A DNA stretch of 16,740 bases from a bacterium (GTDB lineage: Bacteria > Bacillota > Clostridia > TANB77 > RGIG9151), in the NCBI GenBank assembly GCA_963635575.1, contig CAVHFU010000030.1:1-16740 (forward strand), written 5' to 3'. Of this stretch, positions 1-8,480 are shown in pieces. The notes under the pieces are model-generated. The model saw nothing but the letters and a program-made list of their open reading frames with translations, ran no database searches and was not told the origin of the DNA. The position numbers and the translations under genes were made by a program. Position 1 is the first letter of the stretch; each line of letters begins with the position of its first letter.

Positions 1-82
1 TATTTGGGACATTTTCAAAAATTAATATATAGGATTTTATCAAAAATTAATCATAATGTTTTATATTGTATGCTTAATTTTC

Positions 83-111
83 TTGCTTAAAGGAAGTAAT
101 TGTGATAAACT
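83..111 (+). promoter_or_regulatory. candidate sigmaA-type promoter for miaA-hfq
   Basis: TTGCTT (83-88), 17 nt spacer, TAAACT (106-111), with TG at 103-104 in the extended -10 position. It lies about 30 nt upstream of the miaA start. The match is weak and was read by eye only. Confidence 0.25.
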
Positions 112-141
112 AAAGTTCAAACAATATAAAGGAGTTTTAAA

Positions 142-1071
142 ATGAAATCTAAAGTTTTGGTTATTGCAGGACCTACTGCATCCGGAAAAACTAAAATAGG
201 TGTAGAATTGGCAAAAAGATTAAACGGAGAAATAATTTCTGCTGATTCTATGCAAATATATAAACATATGAATATTGGGACTGCAAAGTCGACGATTAAT
301 GAAATGCAAAACATTCCTCACCATTTAATTGACTTTGTTGAAATTGGTGAGAACTTTAGCGTTGTACAATATAAAGAGATGGCTACAAAGTGCATAGAAG
401 ATATATTGTCACGTGGCAAGGTACCTATTTTTGTTGGTGGAACTGGTTTATATATAAATAGTATAACTGAAGAGATTAAATATGATGAAGCAGCAGAAAA
501 TAAAGAAATAAGAGAAAAACTTGAAAAAATAGCTGAAACAGAAGGCAATGAAAGCTTATATGAAAAACTTAGAGAAGTAGATATTGATACATACAACAGA
601 TTGCATATAAACGATACAAAGCGTATCATTAGAGCATTAGAAGTTTTTGAGGCTACAGGAATAACTATTTCAGAACATCAAAAAATGTCTAAAGAAATAG
701 AGAAAAAATACGATTATAGGATTGTAGGGCTATGGATGGAACGTGAAAATTTATATGATAGAATAAATTTGCGTGTAGATAAGATGATTGAAGATGGCCT
801 TGAAGATGAAGTAAGAAACATAATAGAAATGATTAAGGACAAGGAAAAAATCACTTCATTCCAAGCGATAGGCTATAAAGAATTTTTAAAATATTTTAAC
901 GGAGAAGTGAGTCTAGAGGATGCAATTGCATCTATAAAACAGGAATCAAGGCGATATGCAAAACGCCAAGTTACATGGTTTAAGAGAACTAATGGATTAA
1001 AATGGATAAACGTAGAACGCGATATAAATGATGTTATAAATGATATTATTAATTATTATGAGGAGGAATAA
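142..1071 (+). CDS. miaA: tRNA dimethylallyltransferase (tRNA isopentenyltransferase)
   Basis: 309-aa ORF with RBS AAGGAG (129-134) 7 nt before the ATG. It has the N-terminal P-loop [26 protein letters not shown] and HHLID motifs typical of MiaA, and the conserved miaA-hfq pairing. Confidence 0.95.
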   Translation: MKSKVLVIAGPTASGKTKIGVELAKRLNGEIISADSMQIYKHMNIGTAKSTINEMQNIPHHLIDFVEIGENFSVVQYKEMATKCIEDILSRGKVPIFVGGTGLYINSITEEIKYDEAAENKEIREKLEKIAETEGNESLYEKLREVDIDTYNRLHINDTKRIIRALEVFEATGITISEHQKMSKEIEKKYDYRIVGLWMERENLYDRINLRVDKMIEDGLEDEVRNIIEMIKDKEKITSFQAIGYKEFLKYFNGEVSLEDAIASIKQESRRYAKRQVTWFKRTNGLKWINVERDINDVINDIINYYEEE

Positions 1072-1073
1072 AA

Positions 1074-1337
1074 ATGGCTAATTTACAAGATTTGTTTTTG
1101 AATCAAGCTAGAAAGGATAAAATTGTGGTTAATATATACTTAACTAGTGGATTTCAATATAAAGGAATAGTAAGAGGATTTGATAATTTTGTTATAATGA
1201 TTGAAAATGAGGGAAGGCAATCTTTAATTTATAAACATGCTATAGCTACAATTATTCCTACAAAAAATGTGAAGACAATGCTAGGAACAGAAGACCAACC
1301 ATTTGATTTCGTAGAAAGTGCAAATCAAATATTGTAG
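1074..1337 (+). CDS. hfq: RNA chaperone Hfq
   Basis: 87-aa ORF with AGGAGG (1061-1066) inside the miaA 3' end; the ATG is 2 nt after the miaA stop. Sm1/Sm2-like sequence [41 protein letters not shown]...[13 protein letters not shown] matches Hfq. Confidence 0.93.
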   Translation: MANLQDLFLNQARKDKIVVNIYLTSGFQYKGIVRGFDNFVIMIENEGRQSLIYKHAIATIIPTKNVKTMLGTEDQPFDFVESANQIL

Positions 1338-1372
1338 TATAGTAAAATTACAAAAGATAATTTGGAGGAAGT

Positions 1373-2608
1373 ATGGATACTGCAAACAAGGTATATCGTA
1401 AGAAAAAGAGTGGAGTAAAATGGGGTAGATTTGTAATAATTGCACTTGTATGTGCATATATTATAATGTTTGTCTACACCTTTTTTGCACAGTCCGTAGA
1501 GACAACCAATATAACATATGGAGAACTTGAAATGTCTGAAACGGTTTATGGATACATAACTAGAAATGAAAAAATAGTAACCTCTAGTTTGAGTGGAGAA
1601 TTATATCCGGTAATGAATGAAGGGGAGAGAGTATCTAAGGGACAAGCTGTTGCAGTTGTAAAAAATGACAATAGTGAGGTTATTTCAGAAAAAATAAAAG
1701 AAATAACGAAAAAAATGAGTGCACTTACTACTCCTGGAATTTTCAACAAAGATGTGATGTTACTTGATAATGAAATAAATTCTGTATTGGAGGAATTATC
1801 TACTGCTAACTATAATGCAAATTTTTCTTCACTTAAAGAGACTAGAAATAAAATAGAAACAAAACTTAGCAAGAAATCGGCTATTATTGGTGAAAATAGT
1901 GCGAGAGGTTCGGCTGAGCGAACATATTACGAAGAATTAAAGAAATATGAATCTCAACTTACATATTCACAGCAAGAACTCACAGCCCCAATTGCGGGAA
2001 CGGTAGCCTATAAGCTAGATGGCTATGAAAATGTGTTTTCATCAAAAGCGATATCCGATTATGATGCTAGTACGTTAGAAGAATTAAATATTCCAACAGG
2101 CGAATTGGTAGGCTCTATAAAACCTAACTCATTTAAAATAGTAGATAATATAGAGGGATATATAACAGTTATATCTAGTTCAGAAGAAGCTTTGAATGTT
2201 AAAGTAGATAAAAAGGTAAAATTAAGATTCCCGGAAATATCTCAAGACGACATTACCGGAAAAGTTGAATTTTTAAGCTTTGAAGATGGAAAGGTAGTTA
2301 TTACATTTAGGATAAATAGAGGAATTGAAAGCTTAATAAATTACAGAAAATTAAAAGTTGATATAATCTGGGATAACGAGAGTGGAATGAAAGTGCCATC
2401 AAAAGCTATAAAATCTACTGATAATGGAGATAAGATTTTTGTTATAAATGGCAATCGAGTTATAGAAAAAGATGTAAATGTAATTGCAAATTGGAATGGC
2501 GAGGCCATTATTGAAGAAAAAGATAATAGTAAAATTTTCTTGTATGATGCGATTGCACTTGATGCTCAAAAAGTGAACACAAGAAAAATAATTGTTTCAG
2601 AGAATTAA
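1373..2608 (+). CDS. HlyD/membrane-fusion-protein (periplasmic adaptor)-like protein, orphan (no transporter partner in window)
   Basis: 411-aa ORF with GGAGG at 1364-1368. It has a basic N-terminus and one TM helix (WGRFVIIALVCAYIIMFVYTFFA). A split lipoyl-like motif follows (YGYITRNEKIV..SGELYPVMNEGERVSKGQAVAVV, then LTAPIAGTVAYK), separated by about 100 aa of heptad-rich helical sequence. After that comes a beta-barrel-like segment (GYITVISSSEEALNVKVDKKVKLRF..ITGKVEFLS). This architecture is characteristic of the HlyD/AcrA/MacA adaptor family. The family call is by motif reading only. Confidence 0.7.
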   Translation: MDTANKVYRKKKSGVKWGRFVIIALVCAYIIMFVYTFFAQSVETTNITYGELEMSETVYGYITRNEKIVTSSLSGELYPVMNEGERVSKGQAVAVVKNDNSEVISEKIKEITKKMSALTTPGIFNKDVMLLDNEINSVLEELSTANYNANFSSLKETRNKIETKLSKKSAIIGENSARGSAERTYYEELKKYESQLTYSQQELTAPIAGTVAYKLDGYENVFSSKAISDYDASTLEELNIPTGELVGSIKPNSFKIVDNIEGYITVISSSEEALNVKVDKKVKLRFPEISQDDITGKVEFLSFEDGKVVITFRINRGIESLINYRKLKVDIIWDNESGMKVPSKAIKSTDNGDKIFVINGNRVIEKDVNVIANWNGEAIIEEKDNSKIFLYDAIALDAQKVNTRKIIVSEN

Positions 2609-2719
2609 AAAACACTAAAGTTTTTAATTTCTCTGCCGATATATAAATCGGAATGAATACTAAAGAATTATGTTGGCCATTGCATGGCCGACGTAAAAAA
2701 TACACAGGGAGGTTTGAAT

Positions 2720-3172
2720 ATGTCAGCTTTAATCAACAAGATGTTGAATTTAGTCGGCTTCGATAACGAAGAAGAACTCATGGAAGAGGAAGGTTACAAT
2801 TCAAATACATCAAATAGTAATCAAGAAAATGTCAAGGGAAATGCTAACCCATTCAAGAGAAATTCTAAAGTGGTTAATCTTTCTGATGCTAATCAACTTA
2901 AATTAGTTGTTATGCAGCCAAACTCATTTGATGATGCTCAAGATGTATGTGACCACTTAAAAGAGAAAAAACCGGTAGTAATTAATTTGGAGTATGCAGA
3001 TAAGGATACGGCAAGAAGACTTATTGACTTCTTGAGTGGAGCTGTTTATGGCGTGGATGGTCATATTGAAAAAGTTTCCACATCCATATTTTTATTAGTT
3101 CCTTATAATGTAGATATTTTAAACACAGCAAAAGAAGACAAAAACAAAGGAACTTTCCCATGGATAAAGTAA
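2720..3172 (+). CDS. sepF: cell division protein SepF
   Basis: The ORF is open from 2684, but AGGGAGG (2706-2712) sits 7 nt before the ATG at 2720, giving MSALINKML... The acidic/low-complexity linker and the C-terminal SepF domain (LKLVVMQPNSFDDAQDVCDHLKEKKPVVINLEYADKDTARRLIDFLSGAVYGVDGHIEKVSTSIFLLVP) are typical. The start codon is the main uncertainty. Confidence 0.9.
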   Translation: MSALINKMLNLVGFDNEEELMEEEGYNSNTSNSNQENVKGNANPFKRNSKVVNLSDANQLKLVVMQPNSFDDAQDVCDHLKEKKPVVINLEYADKDTARRLIDFLSGAVYGVDGHIEKVSTSIFLLVPYNVDILNTAKEDKNKGTFPWIK

Positions 3173-3188
3173 TAAGATAATTTCACCT

Positions 3189-3217
3189 AAGGTCCTTACG
3201 ATGTATGTATGGACCTT
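3189..3217 (+). other. stem-loop between sepF and divIVA (AAGGTCC / GGACCTT, 15-nt loop)
   Basis: A perfect 7-bp stem (3189-3195 with 3211-3217) lies 17 nt after the sepF stop, followed by a moderately U-rich ATTGTGTTATT. There is no clean U-tract, so this is at most a weak attenuator or processing site. Confidence 0.3.
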
Positions 3218-3248
3218 ATTGTGTTATTGCGAAAGGATGTTGAATAAT

Positions 3249-3683
3249 ATGCTTACACCACTCGAATTAGAAAAGAAGGAATTTAAAGGCGGAATAGGAT
3301 ATTCTAAACGCTCTGTTAATGAATTTTATGAAAAACTTAGAGCAGATTATGAGACTATTTATAAAGAGAATATAGAATTAAAGGATAAAATTAGTTTGCT
3401 TAATGAAGCAATAAGCCAATATAAAGCTATGGAAGAAGTTTTAAAAACGGCAATGATAAATGCTCAAACATCAGCAGAGGAGATTAAGAAAAATGCACAA
3501 GAGAAAGCTGAAAATATAATACAGGAAGCTGAATTTTTAGCACAAAAAAATAGAGAGTTTTCAAATCAAGAAGTAATAGATGCAAAGGCAGAGGCAGAAA
3601 ACTTAAGAAAAGAAATGCAAGTATATAAAGCAAAAGTGGAATCAATTTTAAAATCACAAATGGAAATGCTAAGTGAAGTTTAG
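3249..3683 (+). CDS. divIVA: DivIVA-domain cell division/polarity protein
   Basis: The ORF is open from 3201, but the family-typical N-terminus MLTPLELEKKEFKGGIGYSKRSVNEFYEKL starts at ATG 3249, with AAAGGA at 3232-3237. ATG 3237 is an in-frame alternative. The remainder is coiled-coil rich, as in DivIVA. Confidence 0.88.
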   Translation: MLTPLELEKKEFKGGIGYSKRSVNEFYEKLRADYETIYKENIELKDKISLLNEAISQYKAMEEVLKTAMINAQTSAEEIKKNAQEKAENIIQEAEFLAQKNREFSNQEVIDAKAEAENLRKEMQVYKAKVESILKSQMEMLSEV

Positions 3684-3703
3684 CCCTAAAAATATGAATT
3701 ATT

Positions 3704-3741
3704 AAAAGACATACAGCCTTATTATAGGTTGTATGTCTTTT
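3704..3741 (+). terminator. rho-independent terminator after divIVA
   Basis: GACATACAGCC (3708-3718) pairs with GGTTGTATGTC (3727-3737), with one G-U pair and an 8-nt loop. It is flanked by AAAA upstream and TTTT downstream. The U-tract is short. Confidence 0.6.
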
Positions 3742-3785
3742 GCACGTTTAGGCTGAATTTGTCCGCAAAAGCCATTATAACGAAT

Positions 3786-3815
3786 TTTACACACAATGAC
3801 TTCTGTTATCATAAT
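3786..3815 (+). promoter_or_regulatory. candidate sigmaA-type promoter for murA-ftsQ-DUF881-sbp
   Basis: TTTACA (3786-3791), 18 nt spacer, CATAAT (3810-3815), located downstream of the divIVA terminator and about 30 nt before the murA RBS. Read by eye only. Confidence 0.3.
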
Positions 3816-3847
3816 ATGTAGAGAAATAAGATTACGGAGGTTATAAG

Positions 3848-5104
3848 ATGGATACATATTTAATAACAGGGGGCAATAAGTTAAAAGGTGAGATAGAATT
3901 ACAAGGTTCTAAAAATTCGTCATTACCTATAATTGCTGCTAGTATTTTAATAGATGGTATTGTGAATATATCTAAATGCCCTAATATAAGTGATACTATC
4001 GCTATGCAGGAATTATTAGGAATTTTAGGGTGTAAAGTAACTAATGAAAACGGAAATCTAATAATAGATTCACGAACGTGCGATAAAGATGAAATACCTG
4101 AAGATTTAATGAAGGAAATAAGATCATCAATTGTATTTATGGGACCGATGCTTGCTAAGCATAAACGGGTTATTTTAACTTATCCGGGAGGATGTGAAAT
4201 TGGTGCGAGACCTATTGATTTACATTTGAGCGGATTAACTCAGCTGGGCGCAAGAATAACCGAAACTCACGGATATATTGTTTGTGAGACAGATAAGCTC
4301 GAAGGAAATGAAATCGATTTGGATTTTCCGAGTGTCGGTGCAACAGAAAACATTATGCTTGCTGCAGTATTAGCAACGGGGAATACAATAATAAGAAATG
4401 CCGCAAGAGAACCGGAGATTATCGATTTGCAAAATTTTCTGAATAAGGCCGGAGCGAAAATAGAAGGTGCAGGAAGTAATGTAATTAAAATAAGCGGTGT
4501 AGAATCATTGCATGATGTGGATTATACAATTACAGGAGATAGGATAGTAGCCGGAACTTATCTATGCGGAGCAGCAATTACCGGCGGAGAGATACTTGTA
4601 AAAGGCGTGATTACAGAGTATGTGCGTTCTACTTTGCATAAATTAAAAGAGGCAGGGTGCCAAATTAAAATTTATAATAAGGAAGATATTTTACTAAAAG
4701 CACCTGAAAGATTAAGAGCAATAAACACAATAAAAACTATGCCGTTTCCCGGTTTCCCAACTGATATGCAGTCACAAATGGTTACAATTCTAAGTTTGGC
4801 ACAGGGAACATCGATAGTAATTGAAAATATTTTTGAAAATAGATATAAATACATTTCAGAATTGACAAGAATGGGAGCAAAAATTACAATAGAAGGGAAA
4901 ACGGCGGTTATAAAAGGCGTGAAAAGGCTTATGGGTGCTACTGTTGAGGCAAAGGAATTAAGAGGAGGTGCAAGTCTAGTTTTAGCAGGACTCGCAGCTG
5001 AGGGGGAAACTAAAATAAATGGTATCCATTATATTGAACGTGGATATGAAAACTTTGTTGATAATCTACAAGGAATTGGAGCAAAAATAGCGAAAATAAC
5101 ATAG
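3848..5104 (+). CDS. murA: UDP-N-acetylglucosamine 1-carboxyvinyltransferase
   Basis: 418-aa ORF with GGAGG (3836-3840) 7 nt before the ATG. The N-terminus GGNKLKGEIELQGSKNSSLPIIAASIL and the active-site loop YPGGCEIGARPIDLHL (catalytic Cys present) are MurA signatures. Whether it is the MurAA-type or MurAB/MurZ-type paralogue cannot be decided here. Confidence 0.95.
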   Translation: MDTYLITGGNKLKGEIELQGSKNSSLPIIAASILIDGIVNISKCPNISDTIAMQELLGILGCKVTNENGNLIIDSRTCDKDEIPEDLMKEIRSSIVFMGPMLAKHKRVILTYPGGCEIGARPIDLHLSGLTQLGARITETHGYIVCETDKLEGNEIDLDFPSVGATENIMLAAVLATGNTIIRNAAREPEIIDLQNFLNKAGAKIEGAGSNVIKISGVESLHDVDYTITGDRIVAGTYLCGAAITGGEILVKGVITEYVRSTLHKLKEAGCQIKIYNKEDILLKAPERLRAINTIKTMPFPGFPTDMQSQMVTILSLAQGTSIVIENIFENRYKYISELTRMGAKITIEGKTAVIKGVKRLMGATVEAKELRGGASLVLAGLAAEGETKINGIHYIERGYENFVDNLQGIGAKIAKIT

Positions 5105-5113
5105 ACGAAGGGA

Positions 5114-5893
5114 ATGATACAAAAGATGAGCAATATTGTGAAGATCAGTAAATTAAAAAGAAAAGCTAAGAGTCACGTTGGAGTTCTTAGCTTTATTTTA
5201 GTTGTTACTATTGTTTGCTTCCTCCTGACATCCCCGTTTTTTTCAATAGAGAGTGTAACTGTTTCGGGGAATGGGAAAATACTTAGTGAAGAAATAATAA
5301 GCATTTCAGGTATCACTTATGGACAAAATATTTTGAGAATAGATAAATTTTCTATAATTAATAAAATTTTAACGATACCATATATAAAAAATGTTGAAAT
5401 AAAGCGGAATTGGCCAAATGAAATATGTATAAAGGTTGAAGAAAATAAAGCAGTTGCAGAAATCACATTTTATGGTTCTAAAATTTTATTAGATGAATTT
5501 GGAACGATTTTAGAAGTTGTAACGGATAATACATTGACAGATTGCGTTAAATTTGAAGGAATATCTGCTAGAAGTATTACTACAGGAAATAAGCTTGAAT
5601 GTAACGAAAAAGAAATATTAGAATCTTACTTAGAAATATTGAAGATTTTTAAGAATAATGATATGCTAAGTGAGATTGGGAAAATATTTACTGATAACGG
5701 AAATTATTTGGTAAGTTTAAAAGTAGGGCATGTTGCTTGTGTCGGAGATACAAAAAACTTGCAATATAAATTACTACTATTAAAAGAAATTATAGCTAGA
5801 GAAACTAATCCGGTATATGTAAACTTGTCTGATTTAAATATGATAGTTACGAAACCGGTTTGGGGTATGTTTGATGAATCTGCCCAAAACTAA
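5114..5893 (+). CDS. ftsQ: cell division protein FtsQ/DivIB
   Basis: 259-aa ORF with a basic N-terminus, one TM helix (VGVLSFILVVTIVCFLLTSPFF), then a POTRA-like IESVTVSGNGKILSEEIISISGI..GQNILRID...L..IPYIKNVEIKRNWPNEICIKVEE. It sits immediately upstream of the DUF881-sbp-ftsA-ftsZ block. The start is ambiguous: GAAGGGA abuts ATG 5114, and ATG 5126 is in frame. Confidence 0.85.
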   Translation: MIQKMSNIVKISKLKRKAKSHVGVLSFILVVTIVCFLLTSPFFSIESVTVSGNGKILSEEIISISGITYGQNILRIDKFSIINKILTIPYIKNVEIKRNWPNEICIKVEENKAVAEITFYGSKILLDEFGTILEVVTDNTLTDCVKFEGISARSITTGNKLECNEKEILESYLEILKIFKNNDMLSEIGKIFTDNGNYLVSLKVGHVACVGDTKNLQYKLLLLKEIIARETNPVYVNLSDLNMIVTKPVWGMFDESAQN

Positions 5894-5919
5894 AGAGGAA
5901 ATAAATATGAGGTGAGTAG

Positions 5920-6699
5920 ATGAAGAATAAAGAGTTTATAATAACAATTACGATTATATGCTTTATATTGGGACTTATGCTTACAATGCAGCTAAAAACT
6001 GTTCAGGTAAATGAGGACAAAACCAATGCAAGAACATCGGAGGTTCAAGCACAATATGCAGAGTTAAAGAAAAACTACGATGCAAAGCTAGTAGAAATAG
6101 AAGAATTAAATAAAGTTTTGGAAGAATATAGAAAGGCTGAAACTGATGAAGAGACGGTAGAACTATTAAAAGCCGAGTTAAAGAAGGCTCAACAGGACGC
6201 CGGACTTACAAATGTTAGGGGTGCCGGACTTACGGTTGTTATGGAAGATAGTTTGGCTGACTTTGGAAGTGGAATAGATTTAAATAATTATCTAGTACAT
6301 GATGAAGACATATTAAAGGTTGTAAATGAATTAAAAAGTGCCGGTGCAGAGGCAATTTCAGTTAATAATCAAAGAATAATCAGTACATCTGAGATAAGAT
6401 GCGCGGGAACGACTATATTTATAAATGGCGAGAGAATTGGTGCACCATTTACAATTAAAGCGATTGGAGATCCGGCACTACTAGAAAGTGCGATGACAAT
6501 GCGTGGCGGAAATGTGGATATATTAAAAGAATGGGGAATAAGATTTACTATTACTCGGGAATCAGACATTGTGATTACAAAGTATAACAAGGCGATTTCT
6601 AGCCAATATTTAACCACAGTAACAGAAGATGCGACGAGTAACTCCACATCAACGTCACAGGTATCTTTGTTTAAACCGAAGAAAGACGATGTGGGATAG
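5920..6699 (+). CDS. DUF881-family membrane protein (YlxW/YlxX-like, division-cluster associated)
   Basis: 259-aa ORF with GAGGTG (5909-5914) 5 nt before the ATG. It has an N-terminal TM helix, a coiled-coil segment, then GAGLTVVMEDS...VHDEDILKVVNELKSAGAEAISVNNQRI, as in DUF881 proteins. It occupies the same position as B. subtilis ylxW/ylxX, between divIB and sbp. Confidence 0.8.
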   Translation: MKNKEFIITITIICFILGLMLTMQLKTVQVNEDKTNARTSEVQAQYAELKKNYDAKLVEIEELNKVLEEYRKAETDEETVELLKAELKKAQQDAGLTNVRGAGLTVVMEDSLADFGSGIDLNNYLVHDEDILKVVNELKSAGAEAISVNNQRIISTSEIRCAGTTIFINGERIGAPFTIKAIGDPALLESAMTMRGGNVDILKEWGIRFTITRESDIVITKYNKAISSQYLTTVTEDATSNSTSTSQVSLFKPKKDDVG

Positions 6700-6738
6700 A
6701 TAATAGTAAAAATGATTTGAATGAGGGGTTGAAACAAA

Positions 6739-7086
6739 ATGATAATTCCTTTGATTGGATTATGTCTTGGAATAATTTTAGCGTTATATATGCCTGCTAT
6801 TGATTATACATATGCAAGTTATTTAGCGATCGCTATTTTAGCTTGTTTAGACTCTGTTTTTGGTGGGGTAGCAAGTTTTTTGGAAAAAAAGTTTGATATT
6901 CATATTTTTGTGAGTGGTTTCTTCGGAAATGCGTTACTTGCAGTTGTTTTGACGTATCTTGGGGAAAAATTAGGAATAGATTTGTATTTGGCTGCTGTAT
7001 TTGTTTTTGGTAACAGAATATTTTTAAATTTTGCAATAATTCGAAGATACCTCTTGAATAAATTACAAAAACAAGATAATATATAG
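6739..7086 (+). CDS. sbp: small basic protein Sbp (DUF1290 family) integral membrane protein
   Basis: 115-aa hydrophobic ORF with a basic C-terminal tail (NFAIIRRYLLNKLQKQ). It lies immediately upstream of ftsA, as in the Bacillus divIB-ylxW-ylxX-sbp-ftsA-ftsZ order. Motifs LD..FGG, VSGFF.N and LG.DLYLA..F.FG.R.F.N.A.IRR resemble Sbp as I remember it. Confidence 0.75.
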   Translation: MIIPLIGLCLGIILALYMPAIDYTYASYLAIAILACLDSVFGGVASFLEKKFDIHIFVSGFFGNALLAVVLTYLGEKLGIDLYLAAVFVFGNRIFLNFAIIRRYLLNKLQKQDNI

Positions 7087-7160
7087 TAGGTGAAAGTTTT
7101 ACATAAGAAAAAATGGTTTTTGAAGGTAAGCCTTCATATATGAGCCTCTGAAATCTATAT

Positions 7161-7207
7161 ATGCTTTTAATATAAAAAGCATTGTGCAACTATTAAAAAA
7201 TAGTTGC
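7161..7207 (+). other. two adjacent perfect stem-loops in the sbp-ftsA spacer
   Basis: Hairpin B: ATGCTTTT (7161-7168) pairs with AAAAGCAT (7175-7182). Hairpin C: GCAACTATT (7186-7194) pairs with AATAGTTGC (7199-7207), with a 4-nt A loop. Neither is followed by a U-tract. A third small hairpin, TGAAGG-taag-CCTTCA, lies at 7121-7136. Confidence 0.5.
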
Positions 7208-7213
7208 TATAAG
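7185..7213 (+). promoter_or_regulatory. candidate extended -10 promoter proximal to ftsA
   Basis: TGcTATAAG (TG 7205-7206, hexamer 7208-7213) fits the extended -10 pattern TGnTATAAT. The -35 region is poor (TGCAAC 7185-7190). It overlaps hairpin C. Read by eye only. Confidence 0.25.
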
Positions 7214-7238
7214 TAACAGTAGATCGGGGTGTTTAGTT

Positions 7239-8480
7239 TTGTACAATGATGTAATAGTAGGCGTTGATATAGGCTCATCTAAAGTTAGTACGGTAATTGC
7301 AAAAGCAAATAAGCAAGGAAAAATGGAATTTATGGGAGCAGGACTCGCTCCTTGTACAGGGATAAAAAAGGGTTTGATAGTTGACTTAGAATCTGTTTCA
7401 AGAGCGGTAAGAGCTTCTGTTTCGATGGCAGAAAAGGCGGCAAACACGCGAGTGAGTGCCGTGCATTTAGCATTGTCGGGCTTTCATACAGTTTTAGTTC
7501 CATCTAGAGGCAAGATAAATTTTGATGGAAATATGAAAGAAATTATGCCTGAGGATGTAAGCAGAGTGTTAAAAGAAGCAAAAAGTTTTGATATACCATA
7601 TGATAGGCAAGTGGTAGATGTAATTCCTAACCAGTACATAATAGACGGATATGATGAAATAGTAGATCCAACAGGTATGATGGGAGCTATTGTAGAAGTA
7701 GATGCAGATGTTGTACTAGGAAGTACGATTGCAACTCAAAGTTTATTAAAAAGTGTAGAACGTGCCGGTTATCAAGTGGCAGGAATTATAGTAGAGGCAC
7801 TTGCTACAAGTGAAGTGATATTAACTCCTGAAGAAAAGGAATTGGGTGTTTTACAAGTAGATATAGGAGCAGGGAAGACGGATTATGCTTTCTTTAAAAA
7901 TGGAAGAATAAAATATTATGACTCTATTCCGATAGGCGGAGAAAATATTACAAATGATATTGTAATAGGATTAAAAGTATCATATAATGAAGCTGATAGA
8001 TTAAAAAAACAATTCCCATTATCACAAAAATCCTTGATAAATAACGACCAAAGTATTACAATATATTCGATTGGCGAAAATAAACAAAAGACAATAAGAA
8101 TTTCTGATGTTGTAGAATTAGTTGAAGCACGTATTTCAGAAATTTTTACAATATTAAATAATAGGCTTGAAGAAACCGGAATAAAGCAAGAAATCGAAGC
8201 AGGTGTGGTATTGGTGGGACAAGGCGTGTACCACATCGCCGGTGCTAGCGATATGGCTCAGGTTGCTTTAAATATACCGACAAGATTTGTTAATCCTAAA
8301 TTGCCGGTAGGCTTAAAACTTAGCTTTGTTACATCTCTTGGAATTGTAAAATATGTGGCAGGAATGAGTTTGGGAGAAAGAGATGTAGAAATCTTAAATA
8401 AGCATAAAGAAGTAGAAGAGGTCCCTGCAGTTGAAGAAGAAGGACTTATTACTAAGTTCATCAAGTTTTGGAAAAAATAG
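7239..8480 (+). CDS. ftsA: cell division protein FtsA
   Basis: 413-aa ORF with a TTG start and GGGGTG upstream (7226-7231). It has the actin-fold phosphate-1 motif VGVDIGSSKV, then VDIGAGKTDYAFF and a C-terminal amphipathic membrane-targeting helix GLITKFIKFWKK. It lies directly upstream of ftsZ. Confidence 0.93.
   Translation: MYNDVIVGVDIGSSKVSTVIAKANKQGKMEFMGAGLAPCTGIKKGLIVDLESVSRAVRASVSMAEKAANTRVSAVHLALSGFHTVLVPSRGKINFDGNMKEIMPEDVSRVLKEAKSFDIPYDRQVVDVIPNQYIIDGYDEIVDPTGMMGAIVEVDADVVLGSTIATQSLLKSVERAGYQVAGIIVEALATSEVILTPEEKELGVLQVDIGAGKTDYAFFKNGRIKYYDSIPIGGENITNDIVIGLKVSYNEADRLKKQFPLSQKSLINNDQSITIYSIGENKQKTIRISDVVELVEARISEIFTILNNRLEETGIKQEIEAGVVLVGQGVYHIAGASDMAQVALNIPTRFVNPKLPVGLKLSFVTSLGIVKYVAGMSLGERDVEILNKHKEVEEVPAVEEEGLITKFIKFWKK

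Noticed and set aside
2605-2628. Hairpin plus T-run right after the MFP-like gene stop, a possible terminator.
   Set aside because: The stem is 6 bp with five A-U pairs and one G-C pair, too weak to call an intrinsic terminator. Read-through into sepF seems as likely.
2684-2719. Upstream ATG (2684) that would extend SepF by 12 aa (MADVKNTQGGLN).
   Set aside because: That ATG lies inside the GGCCAT/ATGGCC hairpin and has no SD. The AGGGAGG at 2706-2712 is ideally placed for ATG 2720, and SepF proteins typically begin near MS...
3201-3248. Upstream ATG (3201) that would extend DivIVA by 16 aa (MYVWTLLCYCERMLNN).
   Set aside because: ATG 3201 lies in the loop of the 3189-3217 hairpin and has no SD. 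The extension is Cys/aromatic-rich and unlike DivIVA, whose conserved N-terminus starts at M(P)LTP.
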